Below, in pieces: positions 9,158 to 17,217 of a stretch of 37,965 bases of DNA. Positions within the stretch are counted from its first letter, which is position 1; every line of letters starts with the position of its first letter. The notes under the pieces are model-generated. The model was given only the letters and a program-made list of their open reading frames with translations, was not told the origin of the DNA and did no database searches. The stretch comes from a virus. Its lineage: Duplodnaviria > Caudoviricetes. The stretch spans positions 1-37,965 of the IMG/VR virus record IMGVR_UViG_3300010052_000157; one strand, 5' to 3'. The translations under genes and the position numbers were made by a program.

Positions 9158-10783
9158 CTAGAGCACGATCGCACCGAGAGCGACTGCCTGCCCGCGATAG
9201 TAGGCTTCGATGTTGGCGAACGACGTCGCCCCGAGGGGTAATGCGCCGCGTGCCGCACCCGATCCCCATCCCACGGCTCCCGTAAGGTCAGTTACGGCTC
9301 CCGTGAGTTCCTTGATGGCCTTCGTGTTGCTATCGATCGAGCTGCCCGACTTGGACTGCGATCCGCCACCACCACCGCCCAGTAGGTCCCACAACCACTT
9401 ACCGCCTTCCATTGCGCCCCTCACACCTGGGAGAACATCAGGAGCAACATTGAAGATGATCTGCATTTCCTGGGCTTTGGCAGAGACCTGATCCATAACG
9501 GCCAATAGGACTCGGAGCCCCATGTTCATGATGGGCAGGCCCTCGGCGCCGATCTTGGCGATGAGCACCTTGGTCTCTGACATCGCCTTGTTCGACATCA
9601 TGAACGCGTCGGCTGCTTCCCGCTGCTGGTTCGGGTCGAACATCATCGGGTCGTTCATGATCATGTCGCGCACGCCAGGAGACGCCTTGCGCAACATCCC
9701 CAACATCTCAAGGTCCATGCCAGACCGCGACGCCGCGCGGAAGGCAGAGGCCTCGTCAGGCATGTTCACGAGGCGATCGAGCATGCGCATGAACTTGCCG
9801 CTGTAGTCTGTGCTCCCGCCGTACTTGGCCGGAACTGCGTCGATCCCAGCTGCAGACATCTCGCTCATGGCAAAGATGTCGCCCCAAGCGCCCTCCGCCC
9901 ACTGCCTGGCCATGCTCGCCATGTCGCCCGGTCCCTTGCCGAACCCTGCGCCCAGCCCAGCCAACCGTCCGAAGTTCGGTCCACCACCTGCGGCAAAGCT
10001 CGCCGACCCGTACCCGCTGATCATGTCGCGGGCCTGCTTGGTCGCCTCGGCGAAGAGCTTCACGCCCGTCGTCGCTGCTGTGAACGCGATCGCGAATGGG
10101 CCAACCAGCGACAGCACGCGCATCGCCGCGCCCACGGCTGCACCGCCACCGCCACCACCGCCGCCGGCAGCAAGCACCGCGGCAGCGCCACCGCCTCCAC
10201 CGGCACCACCCGAAGCGCCCCCGAGCCCGGACAGGTCGAAGTCTGGGAGAGACGAGGCAGCCGATGCGGCCTTGCCAACCGGCCCCCCAAGCGCGCCGCC
10301 GGCCAGCTTCGTGATCATGTCGGCGATCGTGTCATCGCCCAGGAACCCTGCGGCTTTGGCCTTGCCGACGAGCGGCATGAACGGTCCAAGATTGAACCGC
10401 GAGGTCATGATCATGTCTTGGAGCGCGTACGCCGTGGGATTCTGACGGCGCTTGAGCGCGTTCTCTGCTCGTCTGGCCGATCCTTCTGCCCTGGCCAGCT
10501 GCAACTCGGCCATCTTCGTGGCGTTGGCGTCGCCGCTGGCCACGGCCTCCTGGTACGCCTTCTGTGCCTTGGTCAAACGTTCCCAGGGGTTCACCGCCCG
10601 CGAGGCGGACTGCGCTTGACGGTCGACCGCGCTCGAGACTGCATCGCTGCCGTTCACAAGCTGGAGCACGCTCTTCGTGAGTGCGTCCTGGTGCTTCGTC
10701 AGCGTCCCCATGGAATCAGCTAGGCGATCCAGGACATCCAGGACCGCGGCGCCGCCGGTTTCGATCTCGAGTCGTAGTGCCAT
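9158..10783 (-). CDS. Tail tape measure protein
   Basis: 541 aa, Ala/Gly/Met-rich, helical; directly follows the frameshifted chaperone pair. Confidence 0.8.
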   Translation of the reverse strand: MALRLEIETGGAAVLDVLDRLADSMGTLTKHQDALTKSVLQLVNGSDAVSSAVDRQAQSASRAVNPWERLTKAQKAYQEAVASGDANATKMAELQLARAEGSARRAENALKRRQNPTAYALQDMIMTSRFNLGPFMPLVGKAKAAGFLGDDTIADMITKLAGGALGGPVGKAASAASSLPDFDLSGLGGASGGAGGGGGAAAVLAAGGGGGGGGAAVGAAMRVLSLVGPFAIAFTAATTGVKLFAEATKQARDMISGYGSASFAAGGGPNFGRLAGLGAGFGKGPGDMASMARQWAEGAWGDIFAMSEMSAAGIDAVPAKYGGSTDYSGKFMRMLDRLVNMPDEASAFRAASRSGMDLEMLGMLRKASPGVRDMIMNDPMMFDPNQQREAADAFMMSNKAMSETKVLIAKIGAEGLPIMNMGLRVLLAVMDQVSAKAQEMQIIFNVAPDVLPGVRGAMEGGKWLWDLLGGGGGGSQSKSGSSIDSNTKAIKELTGAVTDLTGAVGWGSGAARGALPLGATSFANIEAYYRGQAVALGAIVL

Positions 10784-11074
10784 TTAGCCGTCCAGAGCAG
10801 AGAGTTCGCCGTACGGATCCTCAGACCCTCCGGCTTCAGCGTTGTCGATGATGTTTGCGTCGAAGAGATCCTCGAGCACGGAGGCCATGTCGAGGTGTTC
10901 GATGTCAGAGCCTGCTTCGACTCCGAGCCTAGCCGCGATGGCGCGGATCGTGTCGTTGATCGAGCAGAGCAAGCGATCGGAGCGTTCTACGATCGCAGGG
11001 TGATTGGCAAGGTTCTTGTGAACGCCGAGACGGACAAGCGTCAGCCGCGAGTCGTCCCGGTCGACGCGTTTCCC
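10784..11074 (-). CDS. Tail assembly chaperone, -1 frameshift extension (gpT-like)
   Basis: The -1 frame is open from the slippery site (GGG AAA CGC GTC GAC...) through the 10784..10972 ORF to its stop. Confidence 0.75.
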   Translation of the reverse strand, partial: GKRVDRDDSRLTLVRLGVHKNLANHPAIVERSDRLLCSINDTIRAIAARLGVEAGSDIEHLDMASVLEDLFDANIIDNAEAGGSEDPYGELSALDG

Positions 11075-11553
11075 GCTAGCGCATCGTTGCCTTCAGCCAG
11101 CAGCGCGAGCCACAGGTCAGCTAGGTCCGTGAACGGCATCGAGAGCAGTTCTTCGGGGTTGTAGAGCTCGCCGCCCTCGATCTTCACAATGGCCGTGTGG
11201 ACGATCGCCACGCTTCGACATTGATTCTTCGAGATAGCCTCGACGTCAAAGCCGAACAGCGGCTCACCCTCGACGATGAATCGCTGGATGAGCTCTTCCT
11301 GAAGTGATGCCACGCGGTGACCCTCGACGGCACCCAGGCGCTGCAGTCGCTCGCCGCGGATATGCCACGAAAGCACCCCCCGTTCCTTCAGTCGGGCTTC
11401 GGCTTCCCGCAGCTCCGAAGTGTCCTTCCCCTCCTTCTCTAAAGCTGCGATCGCGTCTTCGACGTCGCGCAGCGCGCTCTTGATCTCGAAGGGGACGGTG
11501 GCGACCCTCCTCTGCGTGAGGAGGGCCGGGCTGGGCCGGTTCGGATTCTGCAT
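11041..11553 (-). CDS. Tail assembly chaperone (gpG-like)
   Basis: 170 aa, between major tail protein and tape measure genes; slippery heptamer near the 3' end. Confidence 0.75.
   Translation of the reverse strand: MQNPNRPSPALLTQRRVATVPFEIKSALRDVEDAIAALEKEGKDTSELREAEARLKERGVLSWHIRGERLQRLGAVEGHRVASLQEELIQRFIVEGEPLFGFDVEAISKNQCRSVAIVHTAIVKIEGGELYNPEELLSMPFTDLADLWLALLAEGNDALAGNASTGTTRG
11068..11074 (-). other. Programmed -1 ribosomal frameshift site G GGA AAC
   Basis: Canonical X XXY YYZ heptamer in the correct phase (GCG GGA AAC). Confidence 0.85.
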
Positions 11554-12008
11554 TAGACGGCAGTCCTCGTGAGGTTGCCACCCGTCGACAGAGCGATCGG
11601 ACCCAAGGCGAGACGGAAGAGGTTCTTGCCCTTGGCGAAGTCAGGACCGCAGCCAGGGCGCCGAATGCCTTCATACACGTAGTTGTAGCCGCCCTGCGTC
11701 CAGGCGACTCGGAAGTAGTCGTAGCTGAGGAGCAGAGTCTCGAAGTCGCTTGGGACGCCCCACCTCATGATCTCTCGAAAGTCCATCGCGACGCCATCCT
11801 CGACGATGACCTCGTTCATGTTCTGAGAGTCGATCGGGCTGATGTTCTCGTTCGATCCTTCGAAGTTGTAGCGATAGTCCTCGAGCTTGCCCTCGAGGCT
11901 GACCGTCACCCCCGCGGTGAACGTGTTGTCCGAGCCCAGCGTGAGGGGTGTGATCGACTTGTTGGTGATGCCGCGGCCAAGGAGCCAGCGTTGCTTGAGA
12001 GCGCTCAT
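11553..12008 (-). CDS. Major tail (tube) protein
   Basis: 151 aa, beta-rich, strong GGAGG SD, located upstream of the chaperones. Confidence 0.7.
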   Translation of the reverse strand: MSALKQRWLLGRGITNKSITPLTLGSDNTFTAGVTVSLEGKLEDYRYNFEGSNENISPIDSQNMNEVIVEDGVAMDFREIMRWGVPSDFETLLLSYDYFRVAWTQGGYNYVYEGIRRPGCGPDFAKGKNLFRLALGPIALSTGGNLTRTAV

Positions 12009-12011
12009 GAG

Positions 12012-12176
12012 TTACTCGACCTCCTTCCAGTCGTGAACTTCGGTCTTGTCGGGCACCTTCTCCGCGCCGGCAGGAATCTCCTCGCCTTCGCCAAGTTCTC
12101 GCACCCGAACGATGGTGATGTTCCGCTCGCGCCCAAGGCCGCCCGCGGTGGTCGTTGACTTTTCCCTTACTTTCAT
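12012..12176 (-). CDS. Small hypothetical protein (54 aa, MKVREKSTTTAGG...WKEVE)
   Basis: ATGA overlap with the upstream gene; fills the gap exactly; below the ORF-track cutoff. Confidence 0.65.
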   Translation of the reverse strand: MKVREKSTTTAGGLGRERNITIVRVRELGEGEEIPAGAEKVPDKTEVHDWKEVE

Positions 12177-12577
12177 TTGTCTAGTGCCCTCCGAAGAGCT
12201 TCGGTGACATTGCGTTCAAGCACGGGCCTAGCCCATGCCTCAACTCGATCGAGGATCGGCCTGCGGATCATCAGCTTCGTGCCGTGCATGAAGTCCGCGT
12301 GCGGCGAGTCGTTCTCGAGCACCCACTTTCCGCTGGCCTCTTGCCGCACGGTCCACGCGCTTCGGAACACGCCCGATTGAACGTTGATGATCGCGGGGTC
12401 CGCCGGTGGCCGCGGATTGCGCCTGGCGTACTCGCCGCGAGCCTTGAAGGTGCCGGACGAGAGCTTGATGGCTTGCCGCTTGGCGCCTTGAGCTGTTCGA
12501 GCCGCGGCGACGTCGAGATTCCGCTGCGTCCGCTTGCGCATCGCCCGCAGATGGTTCTGGAGCTCCCGCGCGGTCAT
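12173..12577 (-). CDS. HK97 gp10-like tail completion/neck protein
   Basis: Basic; 'QSGVFRSAW...NDSPHADFMHGTKLMIRRPIL' matches the gp10-like pattern. Confidence 0.75.
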   Translation of the reverse strand: MTARELQNHLRAMRKRTQRNLDVAAARTAQGAKRQAIKLSSGTFKARGEYARRNPRPPADPAIINVQSGVFRSAWTVRQEASGKWVLENDSPHADFMHGTKLMIRRPILDRVEAWARPVLERNVTEALRRALDK

Positions 12578-13050
12578 TCACTCACCAAGAGCATTCCGGC
12601 CCACATGCCGGCCAGCAAGCGGGCATTCTGCTCGAGGAACACCTCGTTGGCCGGATTGCTGTCTGAGCAGTCCACCATGCCCTCATCGGTGAGCATGAAC
12701 GTCGTGTACTGGATCTCTGGCTTGAGAGCTGCGCTGAGCGTTTGCACCTTGGTCTCGATGGTCTCGATCGGTGTCGACGGCCCGTCGATGTAGTAGATCG
12801 ACACGGGTAGCCGGTAGAACTCGCCCTCCATCGGGCTGAAGTCGTCGTCGGGAACTAGGGGCCCGAGCTGCACGACAACGTAAGGCGGGTTGATGCCTGC
12901 GGCGCCGCCCTGCTGGTACTCCTCGATCAGCGATCGCCAGTTGAGCCGCGCGGCCCGGACTTCGCGCAGATTGGGCGACGTGGGCGGCAAAGCGAGCGCC
13001 GTGACGATGATCGGGGCCAGCTCATCGAGAACAGGTTGGATGATGTTCAT
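12574..13050 (-). CDS. Putative tail terminator
   Basis: Start at ATG 13050 (ATGA overlap); acidic; 'PPYVVVQLG'; synteny. Confidence 0.55.
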   Translation of the reverse strand: MNIIQPVLDELAPIIVTALALPPTSPNLREVRAARLNWRSLIEEYQQGGAAGINPPYVVVQLGPLVPDDDFSPMEGEFYRLPVSIYYIDGPSTPIETIETKVQTLSAALKPEIQYTTFMLTDEGMVDCSDSNPANEVFLEQNARLLAGMWAGMLLVSE

Positions 13051-13451
13051 GGGAACGGCGAAATGGTCTTCTTGGCGTAGATCGCCTTCTTGTTCGCGCG
13101 CCAGGCATGGTTCTGAGCATCGCCCTGGCAAACGAAGAACGAATCCGCCTCAGGGTGCCCAGGGGTGACGAGCTTGATGAACCAACCCTCGCCGACCTCC
13201 TGGTCAAGATGGAAGTGGAACACGTCGATCGTGAACATGTTGTCGACGTTGGTCCGGCCACCCGGCCGCGGCTCTGCAACCTCGGGCTTTGATTCCCAGT
13301 GGCAGCTCACGTTGCTGTAGGTCGGGCTGGCCTCGGCTGGGAAGGTTGGATCCGTTGCGACGTTGTTCGCTCCGATCGTGAACGGAGCTGTCGGCTTGTA
13401 GAGGTGGACGCGGTCGGTGTACGCGCGCTGCTGACGGCGGGAGAGTGCCAT
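13047..13451 (-). CDS. Putative head closure/stopper protein
   Basis: Start ATG 13451 coupled to the upstream stop; beta-rich; synteny. Confidence 0.55.
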   Translation of the reverse strand: MALSRRQQRAYTDRVHLYKPTAPFTIGANNVATDPTFPAEASPTYSNVSCHWESKPEVAEPRPGGRTNVDNMFTIDVFHFHLDQEVGEGWFIKLVTPGHPEADSFFVCQGDAQNHAWRANKKAIYAKKTISPFP

Positions 13452-14107
13452 CAGAGGCCCACCGTTTTCCGCTCGTAGATCTGAGCGATGGCCGCGGCTT
13501 CGTCTTCGAACGTCTTGCCGATCGTCTTGTAGAGCTCGATCGATCCTCGCTCGCTGACGTCGGCTTCCTTCCACTCGACGTCGCCGATCTGCGAGAACGA
13601 TTCTCGCACGCCGGACAGGACCATCGCCGCGGCGAGCTTGGTCACGGCTTCCTTGGCAAGGTCATCGGCAGCGGCCATCCGGCCCCACGTTCCTGTGATG
13701 CTGATGCTTTGCGGTAGTCCGATGATCGGGGTCAAGAACTCGATCACCTCATAGGGGCGGCTCGAGTCAGGCCCCAAGCGCTTCGGCCAGTAGTGTTGGC
13801 CCTGAGTGAGGGTCGCGTTCTGGACCTGGACGCTGGTGATGCTGATGAGCCCAGCCCCAAGACTGAGCATGCGGCCGCCGCCTCGAGGCGTGGCCAGATA
13901 GCCGGCGTTGAGGCCGGGAGGGTCGAACGTCCGGGTCTCGGTGACGCCCTCGAAGGGAATCCAACCCGTGAGTAGCTCGAACCGCTTTACTGCAGCGGCG
14001 ACGCGGGCCGCTGTCACCTGAGTGGTCGAGATGGCCGACCCGTCAGGCATGACGATCTGGTTGGCGGCCAGAAACGCCACGATATCCGTGTTGGTCGGCC
14101 AGCTCAT
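13451..14107 (-). CDS. Head-tail adaptor/connector
   Basis: 218 aa; helical ends with a beta insertion 'TRTFD...LISITSV...ISITGTWG...KEAVTKLAA'. Confidence 0.7.
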   Translation of the reverse strand: MSWPTNTDIVAFLAANQIVMPDGSAISTTQVTAARVAAAVKRFELLTGWIPFEGVTETRTFDPPGLNAGYLATPRGGGRMLSLGAGLISITSVQVQNATLTQGQHYWPKRLGPDSSRPYEVIEFLTPIIGLPQSISITGTWGRMAAADDLAKEAVTKLAAAMVLSGVRESFSQIGDVEWKEADVSERGSIELYKTIGKTFEDEAAAIAQIYERKTVGL

Positions 14108-14605
14108 TTACTTGCCCTCTTCCGGCTTCTTCTCGTCCTTCGGAGGCGCCGGTGGCTGAGGCTTCTTCTCGTCCTTCGGAGGCGCTGCAGGAGCAGCCTT
14201 AGGAGCTTCCCATTCGCCGCTGACCCAGATGGGAACGCCCTGCTGCCAGATGCCGTCGTTGCTCTTGATCGACCTCTGCAGCGCGGGGCCGTGGGCTGTG
14301 TCGACAAGTTGATAGAGTTGCACCTCGTGCGAGCTCAGCTTGGGGACGCCGTTGGAGTCGAACGACTCGGGATACTCTTCCGTGATCGAGAGAGGCACAG
14401 CGACGTCGCCGACGCGGACTCCCGTGACCTTCTTGAGGCCGGGAACAAGCAGGAGATTGCCTCCCGTGCCCACGAACTGGCGAGCGTTCGGGTCCCGCAT
14501 GCCCGGTCCGCGTGCATCCTGCACAGGCGGGAACAAGACAGATGGGTCAACGACGCCCATCATGAGGGCAGCGATGACAAGTCCGATAACTAGGGTGATC
14601 ATCAT
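14108..14605 (-). CDS. Hypothetical protein with N-terminal hydrophobic segment and Pro/Lys-rich tail
   Basis: GGAGG SD; 165 aa; lies between capsid and adaptor genes. Confidence 0.7.
   Translation of the reverse strand: MMITLVIGLVIAALMMGVVDPSVLFPPVQDARGPGMRDPNARQFVGTGGNLLLVPGLKKVTGVRVGDVAVPLSITEEYPESFDSNGVPKLSSHEVQLYQLVDTAHGPALQRSIKSNDGIWQQGVPIWVSGEWEAPKAAPAAPPKDEKKPQPPAPPKDEKKPEEGK
14124..14185. repeat. 26-bp direct repeat (2 copies) encoding APPKDEKKP
   Basis: ggcttcttctcgtccttcggaggcgc at 14124-14149 and 14160-14185. Confidence 0.9.
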
Positions 14606-14634
14606 TTGGTGGATCCCTCCTTCAAGGGATTGGT

Positions 14635-14663
14635 GAGGCCCGCCCTGGAACGGTACGGGCCTC
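14635..14663 (-). other. Stem-loop downstream of the capsid gene
   Basis: gaggcccg/cgggcctc inverted repeat; no U-tract. Confidence 0.5.
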
Positions 14664-14674
14664 GGTCAAGCGGT

Positions 14675-15943
14675 TTAGACCGCAGTCACGCCGGTGCTCT
14701 TGGCGAACACAGTGGCGCCCTTCATCTTCAGGACCTCGAATACGGAGACGAGGAACCCGTAGACCTGGGGCGACGCCCACGCCGGGGCGATTTCCTGAGC
14801 AACGTAGCCCTGGAACGAAGTGTTCGGAGCAAGCTCGGGGAGCTCGACTTGAGGAAGCACTTCGATCTCGAGAGCTGCCTTGCCATCGGGCAGGCGATCC
14901 GCGCAGAAGAGGATCGTGCCGGCGGCGAGGAATCGGCTCGGGATGATCGGCACGACTTCGCCCGTGATCGGGTGGAAGTAGCCGGTGACCGAGAAGCCCT
15001 CGTTGAAGCCGCTCGGGTCGGTGATCATCAGCCGGCGGATCGAGCCCGACGCGACGGCCAGGTTCTTCAGCGACTGAATCTCCTGGGCGTTCATGAGGAT
15101 GTAGGGCGACTGAGCACCCTGCTTCCACTGCCGCGTCAGCTGCGCATCGATGTGCGCGAACGTCAACGCACCGACCGTGGTCTGGACCTGGGCGGCGGGG
15201 ACACCGTTCGCCGTGGTGATCAGATTGACCAGGCCGTTGAAGGCCAGTGCCGTCGAGCCATCGCCCCAGGGCACCGCGGTCGCGGTCGCGTCACCGTTGA
15301 TGAGCGCGAACTCTTCGTTCAGCATCGTGTTCCGGAGAGCGTTGACCTTCTCCTGGGCGTACTGGTCGAAGAAGTTGCGGCCGCTCGCCATGGCGAAGCC
15401 GGTCACGGATCCGCGCTGGCCGAGGAGCTTGAACGACGCCGACTTGTCAGCGTAGACGCTCGTCAGTTCAGCCGGGGCGCCCGACTCGCCGAAGAAGATC
15501 TGCGCCGCCGAACCGCCACCAGGCTGATCGTACGACGATCCCCAGCCGCCGCCGAGGCTCGTGAGCTGCTTCCAGGACACGGCCTTGCCGGAGCCCGGGA
15601 CGCGCGGCAGACGGTTGCGAATCGGGGTCTCGATCGGGACAAGCGTCTTAGCCTCGGCCTCGAGGTTCTCTCGGACCGGGAAAGCGGTCATGCCCGAGGT
15701 GATGCCGCGCTGATAGCTCTGCAGCGTCAGAGTCATCTGAGCCAGGAGCTGAGCGGCATCGCCGGTGAACTCACCGCGCTCGAGAGCGGCTAGGTCGTTC
15801 TTGAGCTTGGCGTCGAGTTCGAAGTTCTCGAACCGCTGCATGAGCGAAACGCTCTTCGGCAGTGGCTCGCCCGGGCGCAACGCCGGGATCCCGCCCTCCA
15901 CTCGCATGAAGCCGGAGTGCGGAGCAATGAAGAGATCATTCAT
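14675..15943 (-). CDS. Major capsid protein
   Basis: 422 aa; 'PIETPIRNRLPRVPGSG', 'EEFALINGD', 'FNGLVNLI' typical of HK97-fold capsids; strong SD. Confidence 0.85.
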   Translation of the reverse strand: MNDLFIAPHSGFMRVEGGIPALRPGEPLPKSVSLMQRFENFELDAKLKNDLAALERGEFTGDAAQLLAQMTLTLQSYQRGITSGMTAFPVRENLEAEAKTLVPIETPIRNRLPRVPGSGKAVSWKQLTSLGGGWGSSYDQPGGGSAAQIFFGESGAPAELTSVYADKSASFKLLGQRGSVTGFAMASGRNFFDQYAQEKVNALRNTMLNEEFALINGDATATAVPWGDGSTALAFNGLVNLITTANGVPAAQVQTTVGALTFAHIDAQLTRQWKQGAQSPYILMNAQEIQSLKNLAVASGSIRRLMITDPSGFNEGFSVTGYFHPITGEVVPIIPSRFLAAGTILFCADRLPDGKAALEIEVLPQVELPELAPNTSFQGYVAQEIAPAWASPQVYGFLVSVFEVLKMKGATVFAKSTGVTAV

Positions 15944-15970
15944 GAGATTTCCCTCCTTGGGGGGTGTGAG

Positions 15971-17086
15971 TTAGCGAATCGCGGGCTCTGCGACACCGAG
16001 TCGCGCGAGCTCGCCCTTGATGGCGCTGATCCGCACGGCCGCTTGTTCTCGTTCGATGGGTGAGGCCGAGTCAGGGAGACTCATCAGCCGCTGGAACTCT
16101 GCAGAGAGCTCGTCGGCCTGGTCCTGATCTGCCTTCATCTGATTCGCGAGAAACTCGCGGTCGACGCCGTGCGACGTGCGCACGATCGGCGGTTGCGCCG
16201 GGGTGTTCTCCAGCTCCTTCACCCTCGCTTCCGCTGTCTCCACACGAGTTAGCGCGTCCGAGAGCTGTTGGGTGGCATTGTCGCGCTCGGTCTTGAGCGC
16301 GTCAAATCGGTTCGTGAGGTCATCGAATTCGGCGCGAGTAACCACGTCCTCATCGAGTCGCTGCAGCAGGTCATCGCTGGCTTCGGCGATCCGCTTGAGC
16401 AGGGACGGATCTTCGAGCTCGCCGCGGGCGCAGATCGGAGCCACGTAATCGGCGAACTCCATGATCGCCTCGCGGGCCTCGGCTTCCTTGTTCGCAGAGT
16501 TGCCGTTCTGGATGTCCCACAGGATGGAGGAGAGCACTTCCTGAGCCATGTAGCGAAGGGTGCCCTTCTCACGCTGGGCTACCTGGGTGGCGAACACGCC
16601 GCGCTCGATCTCCTCGACTTCGACTTCGTATTCGGTAGAAGCATCCTCGGCGCGAACGGCCGTGATGACTGCGTCGGGGTCCTTGGGGCGGTCGACAAGG
16701 CTGGTCTCGATCCAGCGGCACTTCTCGACGTCCTTGCCGCGCATGAGTGTCGCCTGAACGCCGACGCTGAGCCCCTTGTAGACGCCGCGCTTGACCTTGT
16801 TCCATGCGTCATCGTCGACAACCTCGAGCACCATCTTGGCGCCCGTGTCATCCCACTCGACGGATCGGGCAACGCCGACCGCATCGGGCTGGTGCATGCG
16901 CCGGACGTTCGCCCATCGCAGATAGTCGGGGGTTGCGTCCTCCATGGCCGTACGCTTGAGGCGGAGTCCGCCTTCACCGGCCACGGTCTCATTGACAAAC
17001 GCGTAGGCCTCGACCGTCCGATCATCGTCGTTGACACGCTTGATCTCGGCGAAGACCTGGATGGGCTTCATTGTGATGGTTTTCAT
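15971..17086 (-). CDS. Prohead protease with C-terminal scaffold
   Basis: 'RRMHQPDAVG', 'KVKRGVYKGLSVG', 'ETSLVDRP' protease motifs, followed by an acidic coiled coil. Confidence 0.85.
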   Translation of the reverse strand: MKTITMKPIQVFAEIKRVNDDDRTVEAYAFVNETVAGEGGLRLKRTAMEDATPDYLRWANVRRMHQPDAVGVARSVEWDDTGAKMVLEVVDDDAWNKVKRGVYKGLSVGVQATLMRGKDVEKCRWIETSLVDRPKDPDAVITAVRAEDASTEYEVEVEEIERGVFATQVAQREKGTLRYMAQEVLSSILWDIQNGNSANKEAEAREAIMEFADYVAPICARGELEDPSLLKRIAEASDDLLQRLDEDVVTRAEFDDLTNRFDALKTERDNATQQLSDALTRVETAEARVKELENTPAQPPIVRTSHGVDREFLANQMKADQDQADELSAEFQRLMSLPDSASPIEREQAAVRISAIKGELARLGVAEPAIR

Positions 17087-17119
17087 GGTTTTGGCCTCGT
17101 GTTTCGTGAGGAAGTGGCG

Positions 17120-17217
17120 TAAAATAGAAGTGGCCCTTAGAGGAGATGAGTCTCAGGTAGCTCATTAACCAGCGGAGGTAAGGCAAGCCAATCCGCGCCT
17201 CTAGGGGCTTTTCTTTT
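17120..17217 (+). ncRNA. Candidate structured antisense RNA overlapping the portal stop codon
   Basis: TAAAAT at 17120-17125; 11-bp closing stem 17133-17143/17198-17208 enclosing two hairpins; followed by ttttctttt. Confidence 0.45.

Noticed and set aside
10130-10230. GCC/ACC-rich low-complexity repeat
   Set aside because: It simply encodes the Gly/Ala tract of the tape measure protein.
14606-15793. Long + strand ORF (395 aa) and similar shadow ORFs (2153..3040, 3359..4216, 16268..17122, 32804..33937)
   Set aside because: Antisense to well-supported genes; expected in GC-rich DNA; no motifs or SD.
17126-17217. tRNA or hammerhead ribozyme
   Set aside because: No TTC-containing T-loop or four-arm cloverleaf, and no CUGANGA/GAAA core on either strand.
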